NCBI RefSeq assembly: GCF_036321535.1
Contig: NC_087436.1
Span: 110,486,001 to 110,550,000, forward strand
DNA: 64,000 nucleotides
Reading direction: 5' to 3'
Origin: Camelus dromedarius
Taxonomy: Eukaryota
Part shown: piece by piece, positions 52,778 to 64,000 of the stretch
Position numbering within the stretch: position 1 is the first letter of the stretch
Layout of the letters: each line of letters opens with the position of its first letter
Program-made: the position numbers and the translations under genes
The notes under the pieces: generated by a model
The model's input: only the letters and a program-made list of their open reading frames with translations
What the model was told of the DNA's origin: nothing
Databases searched by the model: none

Positions 52778-54039
52778 GTGTGTATTTGATCTGAATTGAT
52801 TCCAAACTTGGGCTAATCCTCCCCCTTTGGAGTTTTTGTTTGAAAGGAAATACTTTATGAGACCAAGTCAAAAAGGATATTAATATCAAATATTTTAGCA
52901 ACAGTCAAAGGCCTCATGAACTTGGGGGCATTTTCCAACCATATGCTTTTCATCTCCAGCTGATACAGCATGGAAGTAATTGAATGGCCACTCTTTTCTA
53001 GGATGTCAACATACATTTATCAAGGTTTCCAGGCCATTAGTTTCTCCTTTGAAATTTTAAAAGATGTGACTCTTGGCAATACTGTATAAATATTAGATTT
53101 TTTTCCTCATTTTTGCTTAAGAACTATCATTTGATTCGTCTGCCAAGATAACTTCATTATGTTCTTGAGGCAACTCAATACACCAGCTATTTGTGTCTCC
53201 AGTTTTCAAAGTCACCAAGCAAAAACTCCAAATCTTGTAAGAAGCCAGCACAAAGTTTTAGGAGGCAGGGCACAGGGAAGAGTATTAACTATTGAACTGT
53301 TGTGGGTCTCAGAAGCCTGTTAAAAACAAGATGCAATATTCCCATCTACTGTGTTACTTGCTCCCCCTCTTGTCTTTTCTTCTTCCCATCAATGAGATTT
53401 GGATTAATCTTTGTTTTACACCAGCTGCATTTTTTTAAACACCAATTACAGTTCTTTAATCACGTGGTACCTCGTATGATAGTGCTATACCTGGGTCATC
53501 TTTGACCATAATGTACTGTCCCAGCCAAGCCCCACTTTAGTTGCAAGGCATAGAATCTTAAGGCTGGGTTGGCGAGAGAGAGAGTCCTGGAATCTGGTGG
53601 ATGAGGACTAAGAGAAGGGCAGCTCATATCACAGTGTTGCAAGGAAGAATTAACACTTCGCCAGATCACAACTGTATTTCTTAGAACGCTGAGTTGCTGA
53701 CTCCATGTGACTACAGGGGTGTCTGCACAGAGAGAGCTTCACAGGTGGCTGTATCATTGCCATTCCTGAGAGAGCCATCTAGAGTTGAAGCAGGCTTCCT
53801 TCCACTCATTAGCTAGGAGTTTAAGAAAGTGGCTCCAGTCACTGGGGTTTGGGGAGTGAACTGGCTAGAGATATCAGGCCAACAAAAGGTCCCCAGTAAA
53901 AGAACTTGAACACTGAGAAGTCCGTAATACAGAAACTGAAACCTATTAAGGAAACCCAAACTAACTCAGCAAAAGCACAGATACACTCTCAGAAGATTCA
54001 TGTAGAATTTCCCCAGGTTGCCACAGGGAGGTGATGCTA

Positions 54040-54825
54040 AAAAGTGTTTACAACTGGTCCCATGGACCTGACTTTGAAGCTGGTTCTTTCATTTGCCAGA
54101 TGTATGACTTTGGAAAAATTACTTAGCCTCTTTTATGTCTCGGGTTTGTGTCAACTGGGATGCTGTCCACAACAAGTAACAAATCAAGCAAAAAAATCTG
54201 ACCCAGTTCATCATTTAAAGAGAGTAAATGCATTGGCCCATCAAATCTGAGCTCCTCCCTCGTTGTGCCATGGTGACAAAATGTCTGTAGCAGTCTCTGA
54301 CTTTATATGTGCTCACCATTAAATTGAGAGGAAATGAGAGATTTGCTTCCAGGATCTCTCTCTTCGGTGTTCAAGGGTTTATTTTCCTAGGAGCCTCCAG
54401 CAGGCCTTCAGCCTGAATTGGGTCACGTGCCGATTCCTAAACCAGTTCCTATGGCCAGGCAGTGCCACAGACTTAACAACTTGGGCCTGAGTTCCTGAAC
54501 ACATCGTTGGCAAGGGATGGAGTTATCATTAAACCAATGGGGACCTCTTCTAGAGCTGGAAATGGCATCAGTTTTCAAAGAGGTGTTTCCTCTGTGTTGG
54601 AACAGGGTGAACATCTGAACCAAATCAAAGTACTGACAGACGGGGGGAAATAAGAAATAGAATTCATCGGCCACTACAATAGCATTGCTAGCTCCTTCAT
54701 CTATAAGGCGGGGACAATGACATTAATGCCCACCTTGGAAATCGTTGGGAGGATTTAATGACTTAACTCATAGCATGTACACAGCTCAGAGTATGTGGTG
54801 GTCACTGTTTCTGTTATTATTACGA
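54040..54825. mobile_element. MIR (+) split by an old MLT1K/L-like LTR (-, ~54140-54660)
   Basis: TGTATGACTTTGGAAAAATTACTTAGCCTC, then LTR-like CAAGTAACA...GCCTGAATTGGGTCACGTGCC...CTAAACCAGT, then CTTCATCTATAAGGCGGGGACAATGA...GGATTTAATGA. Confidence 0.65.
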
Positions 54826-57180
54826 TTATTGTTTCCCTCACTATCTTTCCTGCTAAACCCACTAGCCTCACTTGCTCTTCCTCCCCCTGCTTTGTTCCTG
54901 GCACTTGAGGGTCAGTTCAGTCCCTTTTCACCGGCTCGTCTCTTTGGTTCGTTCTTGACACTAGGTTTGCACACTTGCAGCTACTCAAGAAACAAGTGCA
55001 CCAGTGTCACCCTCTAAAGACAGAAGCTCTAAGCTCATCAAAGCCAACAAATACGTATTGATGTTTCACAACGCTAAGAAAAGTGAGAAACACACAATCG
55101 GACAAGACTCAGCCACTGATTTTGTAAAGTTCACAGTACTGGAGTTCAGCAGAGCATGGCTGGTACGTGGTTGGTGTCCAGCAAACTCTGTGGAGTTAAA
55201 CTGATATCTAACATGGGTAACACGTGTGCACAAACAGTCAATATAAATCAAGTTATGGTAAATACTACAGTGGAGACATGAATAAGGCATTTTAGAAGTT
55301 GCTAACAGTTGAGGTCCAAATATTAATTCAAATTGGGATGTCATTTGGAAAGATTTCTTGGACCAGCTGAGATCTGAGCCAGAGGGTAAAGAATTGTAGC
55401 ACAAGTTTAGGCCAATTGGTGCTCAACTTCCAACCACCAAATGTATTCTTGTATTCCATCTGTCCTTTCTACACATGAAATAAATTCAGACAGTTAAACT
55501 TTATCAATTGCTTATCTTGGAAGTTTTTCTGATTTTAGTTGGATAAAAATTGATGTTCAGGGAAGTTTTCACTAAATATCACATATTCTGCCTATTGAGT
55601 AGTAAGTTCTAAAACAGAATGCCAGATGAAAGGCACCTGAGAACCAGGATTCAAAATTGCTTTCCAGTGCATGTATGTATAATTTCTTGATGAGGCAAGG
55701 CAATGTTTGACATAGTTTCCTGTGGTCTTCAGAATTTGCTTTTTCAGCCCACACAATCTTGCTGTTTATTATTTCACGTTTAGTTTGACTTGGTGATGAA
55801 AAAGATTTAAAGAAAACAAGGTGAAAACTTGGGGGGTTATAGAAACCCGGCTTCATTTTCAAGCCAGAAATAACTGGTAGCACAAGTTAGAAACTCATAA
55901 TAACAGTTAATAAGGAGAAAATAACCATAGGCTTGTGGTTTTAACTAAGTGACCATTGCTGTGAAAACAACATTGCCACCAACTGGTATAATTTTCTATC
56001 GTTCATTATCCTGCCTAGCAGAAGGCATACTGTGCAAATACAGACAGCAGAGGAAGAGGTCCAATTGGCAACTGTATCTCAACATATTATGTGTGGCAGA
56101 GAAAAACTAAAATGGATTGCAGTTCTCCAGACACTCCATCTCTGTAGTGTATTTTAACAACAAAAGACAAAGCCTCTAGTTCCAAGCATACCAAGTATGT
56201 TTTCATAATTTTTGTCTCAGTGTGCAGTTCTCGTTTTTTTAATAAAGCAAGTGGTAAAAAAGAAGACCTCAACATAGACCGATCTCCATAATGTTTTGAC
56301 AACATTTTACATAAGTATTATTCCTATCATATGAGATATTTAAAATATTATTCTCATTCTGTCACAAAAGTGAAATAATTTTTAAAGCAGGGAATAAGAA
56401 ATATGGTTAAATTCAGGGAAATTTTCCAAGATGACATAATAATTTTATTGAGATATCAAATCTGATATTTTTCCCTTTGAAATCCAAAACCAAAGCTGGG
56501 TTTATGAGTGATAAAGACGACACTGTCAGTGTTGACTATTAACAGTGATGTTCACAACACCAGACTCCATGTTTTCTCTGTATAAAATAAGGTAAATGTG
56601 AATGTGTAATTAGGAAAAAAAGACTAGGAAGTTAAGTATCTGTGGGGTCCCCTTTGTAAGAGGCTCTAGGTGGAGAATATAAAGCTGCAATGTTTTTGAG
56701 CTTTTTAATAGTTTCCATGGTAATCACTCCTCAAAATATGTAGAGGGACATTGAGGTTTACTGGAAAAGAAGACAAAACGTTGCCATGAATAGCGTCCTG
56801 AGCCTTCTGTTCCCTGACATGTCTGACGTGTGTGCACACTCTCCTCGTCCTCTTCCCCTTTCAGCTGTGACACAGACATTCACAAACAGCACACGTGTGC
56901 ACAGACTCACCAGTCTAGACTTGAGTTCACAATAGCCTGAAGATCACAGGGAAGATGCAATGATACCCATTAACAAACAAAGTTGCTTGTGAGAACCTGA
57001 GTTTAGAATACTAAATAAATTACTGCATATACCCCATTCAGAGTTTTTAATATAAAAAGAAGCGGGGAGCCATCAGTCAAGATGGCCGGTAAAGAGACAG
57101 CTGCAGCTGGGGTTGGGCCATGTGAACCCTTATGAGAGGCTTCTGCCATCATGTCCTACTTCCAGGTGTGGCAGAGCCAG

Positions 57181-57460
57181 TCAGTCCTTGCACAGGCTTT
57201 TCCAGTTGTTTTCATGGCAATTGTCAGCAGTTATGGAGCTGGTGGGTGTGTTATTTAGCATGCTAATGCGTTACAATGAGTGTATAATGAGGCTCAAGTC
57301 CACTGGAAGTCAAATCCTCCACTATCTTGGGCTTAGTTGATTCTAACTGGTTCTTGTTTCTTCTCTTTGCAGCTGCCTCCGGAGACTTAGATAAGAATAA
57401 TTGGTTTCTTTTCAAGGGATGGGCCAGGATATGAGCCTGAGGGCAACAGCTTTGGTAACA
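57181..57460 (-). mobile_element. MER41-like ERV1 LTR, 5' half only
   Basis: The reverse complement aligns by eye to 58270-~58545 (TGTTACC...GCTGTTGCCCT, AGAAACCAATTA, CATGCTAAAT.ACACACCCACCAGC). Confidence 0.85.
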
Positions 57461-57854
57461 GAAAGGAAAGTTGCTTTTAATCAGAATGCCTGCAATCTGG
57501 TGGACCCACTGTCCTCCCAGAAAAACTGTGTCCAAGATTCTGCTCAGCCATAAATAAGAGGCAGGGATGGTGGGGTTGGGGCTTAGTTCCTGCAGAGGAA
57601 CTTAAAGATATTGTTATGTATATTCTTTAAGGACGAACCAGGACCCTGCTCCAGAGTTGCACTGTTGTTTCTTGACTGTTCCTCCTTTGTTTCTGCATCC
57701 CTTCCCTTCTCAGGTTAACAGCTATTTGAATCTGCCCTTTGGAACTCAGGGAAGGTCAAGGAAGCTGAATGAAGCCTATTTCCTACAAACAAGAAATTGG
57801 AGACATGGAAAGATTTGTTCCAGGGAGGACCTCATAGGGTCCTGCTTGGTATCA
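57461..57854 (-). mobile_element. Second ERV1 LTR of a cetartiodactyl-type family, 3' end missing
   Basis: AAAGATATTGTTATGTATAT...GAACCAGGACCCTGC, TTTGAATCTGCCCTTTGGAACTCAGGGAAGGTCA...GCTGAATGAAGCCTATTTCCTACAAACAAGAAA, ending AGGGTCCTGCTTGGTATCA. Confidence 0.8.
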
Positions 57855-58269
57855 AGCACATCAAATATTTTCTGTTAATTAAACCTCTTCTTACAACTTT
57901 GTGCTTCAAGAAATTTCTAAGGATGCAAGAGAAGAGGGAGTAAGTTCCATAAAACAGAAAACTCTGGTTATTCTGTCTCTATAATTGCTATTAAGTCCCT
58001 CTCTTTTCCATCAGGGAAAAAGGCAGGGACAACAGCTGAAGTGGGAAATGGAACTTTTTGCTCTGCTCCCCAAACAAAAATTATTCCTTCAGCACCATGA
58101 CTTTGCTGACTAGAGTGGATTCTCCCAGCGGATAAATGATCTCTTCTTATCTGAATTAAGAAAAATGATTGTAAGGTTGGTGCTGTAGCTGAGAGCACAC
58201 AGGCATGACATAAACATGAGATGCTCTGGGACTGAAGTCCCAGCCACACTCTCACTCACTATATGATAC

Positions 58270-58864
58270 TGTTACCAGGGCTGTTGCCCTAGAATCATAC
58301 CCTTGCCTCTCTCGAATAGAAACCAATTACTTTATCTAAGTTTAAGGAGGAAGCTGCAAGAGAAGAAACAAGAACTGCTTAGAACCAACTAGGTCCAAGA
58401 TGGAGGAGGATTTGACTTTCAGTAGACCTTGAGCCTCATTATATGCTCAATGTAATGCATTAACATGCTAAATGACACACCCACCAGCTCCTGGACAGTT
58501 GATGATTGCCATGACAGTAACCAGAGAAGCTACACAAGGACTGAAAAGGAGAGTTGCATCAGCTCTGGGTCCAAACCACACCCCTGTTGTCAGATAACTT
58601 GTGAATACTCCTCTCAATCTTTCCAATTCCGTCCCTTTTACCTCGACTCCCTATATATTTGGTGTCTCCACCCAAATTGGGTTGAAAAGTTGATTTGCGA
58701 ACTAGGTTCCCACTTTTCCATTCTTTGGCCATTGAATAAAGCCTATGCCGCTCCAGTCTCAGTATCACTTTCATTATTGGCTGTGCGAATCCAGTGGGAA
58801 CGAGAACCTCCCTGGCCAGGATGGGGACCTCAGCCCCAGCTAGGACCTGGCCAATTCAGTAACA
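58270..58864 (+). mobile_element. Complete MER41-like ERV1 solo LTR inserted in a MIR
   Basis: Terminal inverted ends TGTTAC...GTAACA and 4-bp TSD ATAC (58266-58269 / 58865-58868). TATATA at 58652 and AATAAA at 58735. MIR sequence on both flanks (~58200-58269 and 58869-59030). Confidence 0.9.
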
Positions 58865-59431
58865 ATACTGGCCAATTCAATCAACTTCTCTCCACAAGCT
58901 TCACATTGTACAACTCTAAATTGAGGAGGGAAATGCCTACATTAATGGGATATTATAATTATTTGACATACTTTGCAGAAAGCCTTAGCAGAGTACCTAG
59001 AAAAACACAGGCACTGAGTAGACCTTAGTTGCTACTTATTTGATTCTCTATCATTTCCTTTAATGTAGAGACTGAAATTTGGGGAGTTGGGGGAGGAAAA
59101 CAAATTCTTGAAACTGTCCATGAGCGGTAAGAAATCAGCAGTTTCTTTCAGGGGTGTTCTTCCGAGTCCTGGGCCACAGTTCCTCAGAGATGGCTCAAGG
59201 CCACTGTTAAGTGAAACCATCTTACTCCGGCCATGGGAGAAGCATGTACTATTTCCATCCATCTCTTCCATGACACACGGATCACCCATTTGTTCAGACA
59301 AACAGGGCAGCAGCAAGAAAATCAGCAGTATTTGCCATGAATCTCCCTGGAAAGCCACTCAACCACAGAGTTCTATACTCAATTTTCAAATTTGAAATTT
59401 AAAATATACGCATGAAGGGAAAATTTGACTT

Positions 59432-59817
59432 CATTTGTCAGCTCACGCTGCCATAACAAAATACCAGAGATAGGGTGGCTTAAACAATTGGAAAAAAAAA
59501 AAAATTATGTTCTCCCAGCTCTGGAGGCTTGAAGTCTGAGGTCAGGGTGCCAGCACAGTCAGTTCTGGTGACGGCCCTCTTCTTGGCTTTCAGATGCCAG
59601 CTTCTCACCATATCCTTACATGGCAGGGAGAGGGGTAGTGCAAAATCTGGTGTATTTTCATATTAGGATACTAACTCCATCATGAAGGCCCACCCTCACA
59701 ACCTCATCTAAATCTAATTATCTCCCAAAGCCCATCTCCAAATACCAGCACACTGAGAGTTTAGGGCTTTGACATATGAGTTTTGGGGGGAGGGGGAACA
59801 TAGTTCAGTCTATAACA
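59432..59817 (-). mobile_element. MLT1A-like MaLR solo LTR
   Basis: GCTGCCATAACAAAATACCA...GGGTGGCTTAAACAA...CTGGAGGCTTGAAGTCTGAGGTCAGGGTGCCAGCA...TTCAGTCTATAACA. Confidence 0.9.
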
Positions 59818-60290
59818 GGGATCAAGTAGTGATTTCATTTGACCTTTGATTCAAAGAAATCCTAAAGCTATATCTGCTGTGTATGTTATAGGCCTATCAA
59901 AAAAATTCTCACTTTAACCTATGTCTGTTTTTGTCCTTTGAGCAAACAAGATAGACCAGCTTAGAAAGCAGCAGGTTAATGGAAACTCTGATTAACTTAA
60001 AATGAGGGATGTCTTGGCACGTGTGCAATCACTCAGTGTTCAATTAGAATGCCTTTAAAGAGTTCAGAAAATATTTGCATTCAAGAAATACTTTTTTCTA
60101 CCAAACTATGGAGAAAGGTATTTTCAGTCCCACTCTATTTTTGTTTTTAAATCAAACACTTGTGAAAAATAACAATTTGTAAATGCAATGTCACTTCAGA
60201 TCTAAAATGTTACTAACAATTTTTCTATGACCTTGCTTCAACTTACACTCCAACTCATGAGAAAGCTAGTTTCCAGAACCTCGGGTAGTG

Positions 60291-60398
60291 AGGTTGCTAC
60301 TTCACTTATCCCTACTTATCCTTAGGGATAAGAGTAGCAAGGAAGGTTGCTACTTCACTTATCCCTACTTATCCTTAGGGATAAGAGTAGCAAGGAAG
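60291..60398. repeat. Perfect 53-bp tandem duplication; each unit is an imperfect inverted repeat
   Basis: AGGTTGCTACTTCACTTATCCCTACTTATCCTTAGGGATAAGAGTAGCAAGGA at 60291-60343 and again at 60344-60396. Confidence 0.97.
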
Positions 60399-61084
60399 AC
60401 AATGGGCCGGCTGCAGAGACGTCCTCTGTCTCTGAATTCCGGTAGGAATACGTCCATCACCTCACCTCAGGCGAGTATCACTTTAGCTCCAATATTAAAG
60501 GTATTCGTATGTGGCTGACAATTTCATGTCCCAGTAGGTAGAGGAAATGACTACTGTAGAGAGCTCATATTTGTCCAAGGAGGAGGAATTGGCTGGTGGA
60601 GTGGATGTGACAGGAACCTGGGAGGAAAATGACCCTCTTATATTTATGCTGTTCGCATTTCTATGACAATCAATTTTGAAGTCTATCTCAACAAACCCCA
60701 AAGCACATGGGTATTTGTCAGGCCATATTTCCTGAGTTGAGTTTCAGAAAACGTGAAAACTTGATCTCAAACTGTGTTCATCTCCCTTCTCAGGGTACTA
60801 GGCAGACTTCTTACACTAAAGAATCTAACACGATTACTTTCGCAGAGTAGACACTCAGTGAATTTGTTTTGTTAAATAGATAATGAAAATTCAGAGCTAG
60901 GAAGGGGCGTGTGAATATAAAAATATCAACTCTTCCTGTTTTCTCCACTCAGGCAAGTGCAGTGTGAGGAAAGAGTGCGGAGTTTCTGCCTAACTTTATC
61001 CTCTCCCCTGGCTTTGGACCAACACCTAAGTCAAAGCAATCAACAAACATCTATTAAGTAATTATTTCAAGTAAACAAGAGAAG

Positions 61085-61285
61085 AGAGCTAACATTTTCT
61101 GGCACCTAAGGATCAGGCCATTTATTTGGTACTTTTTGGACATTACTTCATTCAATCTTCAAAATAATTCTACATAATTAGAATTTATGTTTTTCATGTT
61201 ACAAAAGAAAAAGGCTAAGGTTGATGGAGGTTGAGCAGACCTGGGATTGGGAACTAAGACTTTCTGACTTCAAAGCACACACTCC
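61085..61285 (-). mobile_element. MIR SINE
   Basis: GCTAACATTT...CATTCAATCTTCAAAATAATTCT...CTGGGATTGGGAAC...TCTGACTTCAAAGC. Confidence 0.7.
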
Positions 61286-63327
61286 AGTGTTACAAAGCAC
61301 TAAGCTAAGTGCCCTGAAAGGATTGAAAAGCGATATTCATTTCTGAACCTCACTGAAGCTCTACAGCTTAATTAGGGAGAATCACAGGCTAATCCAAACT
61401 TAGACTTAAGGATCTTGGGGAGCGTCTAATCTAACGTGTTTGCCACACACGAGAGGAAGCCAGAGCATGGATACGCACGGTCCCTTGCCAGAAGCCACAC
61501 AGCTGAGTCAGTCCTCCTGACTCGTGCACAGCAAGGTGACATGTGTTCTTTAACGTTTCCATGGCATTTAGACTTACATTTGCCATATATTGAGAGCATG
61601 ATGAGATACCAAGATAGTGACACATGACTCCTCTCTATTCACCCTTTAGTCGGGAAGAAAACAACGTAACAAGTAATCATAATATAATGTTAGACTAGAG
61701 GAAGGGAAGAGGGGGCTGGGTTAGTGAGGGCATTTTTTAGGATTCTTGGCTGTTAATGTGCTTAACTCATCCTGCTCTTCTTAGGCCAAAAGGAGCTGTA
61801 AAGCTCTGAATGAGTCAGGAAGTTCCCATGTTCAAATGCATGGTCTTGGAATGCTTTCTCCTGTTTGTTATTTCTGGCCGAGTTTTTCCAGAGCAGCAAG
61901 TCACGCAGGCTTCTTCTTATCGCTCCCCACATCCCAAAGGCAACAAGCCGTGCCTGTCTGTTGCCTTTTTTCATTCTTCTGTTTTCCATAATTGATGGGT
62001 TTTCTGTCTCCTCCACCAGTTTATGAGCTCTTCCAGAACAGAAGCAGTGTCTTGCTTGTGTCTGCAACCCAGCACTTAGCACTCAGTAGACAAAATAAAC
62101 TCTTGTCAAATAAGTTGTGAATAAATGGTAGATAAATGATTGTAACCAGTCACTTCAATGTCTTCCTTTAATCATTATACTGACTCTGTCAGAAAATTGT
62201 CTTTCAACACAGTTTTTAAATTCCTTTTTAGACACTGACCATCTTCCTGATGTATACTACTATTCTTGCCTCAAAATCAAGGCACTGAAATCTGCTTTGG
62301 GGACCTCCTGAGAGACTTATAAAAACCAGTTCCCTACAAGAAATTGTCTTAAGCTAAAGGTTGACGCACACAAACAGAAACTCGCGGTTACTTTAAAATC
62401 ATGAAAAGACCTATGTCCTTTGGAATATGCTTCTTAAGACAAATTTCCTTTTCCAAAGTTGGAGAAGCCACAGCTATGTTCTAATACTGATTTGTGAATA
62501 CTCTCTGGAATAATTTACATCATTTCAGTATTATGGCTTATGAACCTGTTAATGGACAAAGACTTCACGATATTTCTAACGGTCGCACACCACGACTGTT
62601 TCGTTACACTGCAGAATGGCTTTAGAGCTTCTGATGCTTTTACTTAGTTTTTCCTGAGAAACTGTTTTGTATGGGATCCTCAGAAATGTGCTGGTTGGCT
62701 GTGGACTACACATTTGCACCTAATGATGACAGCCATGTGGCCGGAGGTGGTAAGGTACAGAACGCCATGAGAATGACAAAGGAAAACTCAGACACCCAGT
62801 TGAAGCTACCTTTTGCTTAGGTTGTTTTTTCAGTCACTGTATTTCTCTGTAGGGAAATCCAAGAGACTTGGAAAGCATGTATCTCCCTTTGGGAATATGC
62901 AAGTCAGCATCCTTTACCATTTAATAAACATTTTATTCTTGAACTTGATCTGTTGACATCTTTTCATCAATTATATTACTCCCAAGTTGTGAAGATAACA
63001 CAGTTGAAATACCGAAGTCAACATAAGCATTGGGTATTTCTGAGTTTTAGTGATTTTGCAAACAGTTTTTTTCTTGGAGAAGGAGCTGGCCAGGTTGTCT
63101 AGATGATCCTGTATGAGAATACTGACAAAAGAAAAGAAAGTGGGTATCTCAGGAGGTAAGTAGATGCTTATTGATAAAATGAAAGGAAGATGGACAGAAA
63201 GTAATGGTGGTGGTAGAGGAGGAGGAAAAATTAAGGTGTGTCACAGAAGCCCCAGCACTGAACATTTAAATTCACTATGATGTTCTCAATAAGCAAGTTT
63301 GAATTTTTATAATCTAGTTGACAACCT

Positions 63328-63380
63328 GGAAGGAACAAAGGAAGGAACGAAGGAATGAAGGAACGAAGGAAGGAAGGAAA
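63328..63380 (+). repeat. (GGAA)n-type microsatellite
   Basis: GGAAGGAACAAAGGAAGGAACGAAGGAATGAAGGAACGAAGGAAGGAAGGAA. Confidence 0.9.
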
Positions 63381-64000
63381 ATAAAGTGAAATCTAGTAGA
63401 TTTTGGCAGAGATTTAGTCTAACTCTAAAGTTTGATTCTCCACAAATTGTTTTCAATAATAATAGTTAGAGGAGTAAATACATGGTAATAAGAACGTGAC
63501 AATACATAACAAAATGTTGTCTAAATTGTTTCCTCTCATTTTTATTACTGTCTTTAGGATAGAGGTTCAAAGATTTATTCACGCGACAGAAAACATGCTA
63601 AAATTTTTACTAAATTTTTAAATACATTCTTTTCCACCTTCTTGATTTCCTTTTGACTAGATTCATGAGGACAAAAATGCTACCAGGTTGACTAGTCTGT
63701 TGGATTATTACTGAGTCACTATTCATTTCGAAAGCTGAAATTAAAATTATGATTTTCTTCATGGACCCAGCAGCTTGCCATACAAGGCAGGTAACCACAT
63801 TTTCATTACTCCAAGATTTATGAACATGGGCAATATTAATTATAAATACCAAACCAACTGCTTTACTTCCTTTATCCAAATGTAGTAATAGGCCACTTAA
63901 TAAATAAAGGGTTAATATAGAACCAAAATTTTTAGAACACAAAACTGGCAAAACTAGAAGTTTCTTGTTCCCACAGTGTTTGCTTCATTGGTTATTACTC

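Noticed and set aside
56889..56900. 12-bp palindrome GCACACGTGTGC containing an E-box
   Set aside because: It arises easily from CA/TG-rich sequence and has no other support.
58465..59028. Longest ORF in the track (187 aa)
   Set aside because: It runs through an LTR and into a MIR with no recognisable domain, so it is a chance ORF.
60291..60398. CRISPR-like palindromic repeat
   Set aside because: Only two abutting copies with no spacer, no cas genes, and a mammalian context.
63610..63951. 113-aa minus-strand ORF in unique DNA
   Set aside because: Non-ATG start, AT-rich, and no recognisable motif or supporting exon structure.

Overview
Mammalian non-coding DNA, AT-rich and CpG-poor, either intergenic or deep within an intron. 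It is very probably camelid (camel, alpaca or llama), judging from a camelid-type tRNA-derived SINE (~15862) and a camelid-type L1 3' end (3741-4955). I find no supportable intact protein-coding gene, tRNA, rRNA, CRISPR array or prokaryote-type system. The only recognisable protein sequence is decayed L1 ORF2/ORF1, and the rest of the ORF track looks like chance ORFs. The window is a mosaic of L1, L2, MIR, ERV1/ERVL/MaLR LTRs and hAT DNA transposons, several with visible target-site duplications (TSDs) and nesting, separated by repeat-free blocks that may hold enhancers. The most notable local structures are: a perfect 53-bp tandem duplication of a quasi-palindrome (60291-60398); an inverted pair of MER41-like LTRs about 0.8 kb apart (57181-58864); and a minus-strand 18-nt microexon-like signal with a 105-nt AG-free zone (49483-49500). 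Repeat family names come from recognition by eye, not from a database search, and boundaries without a TSD are approximate.
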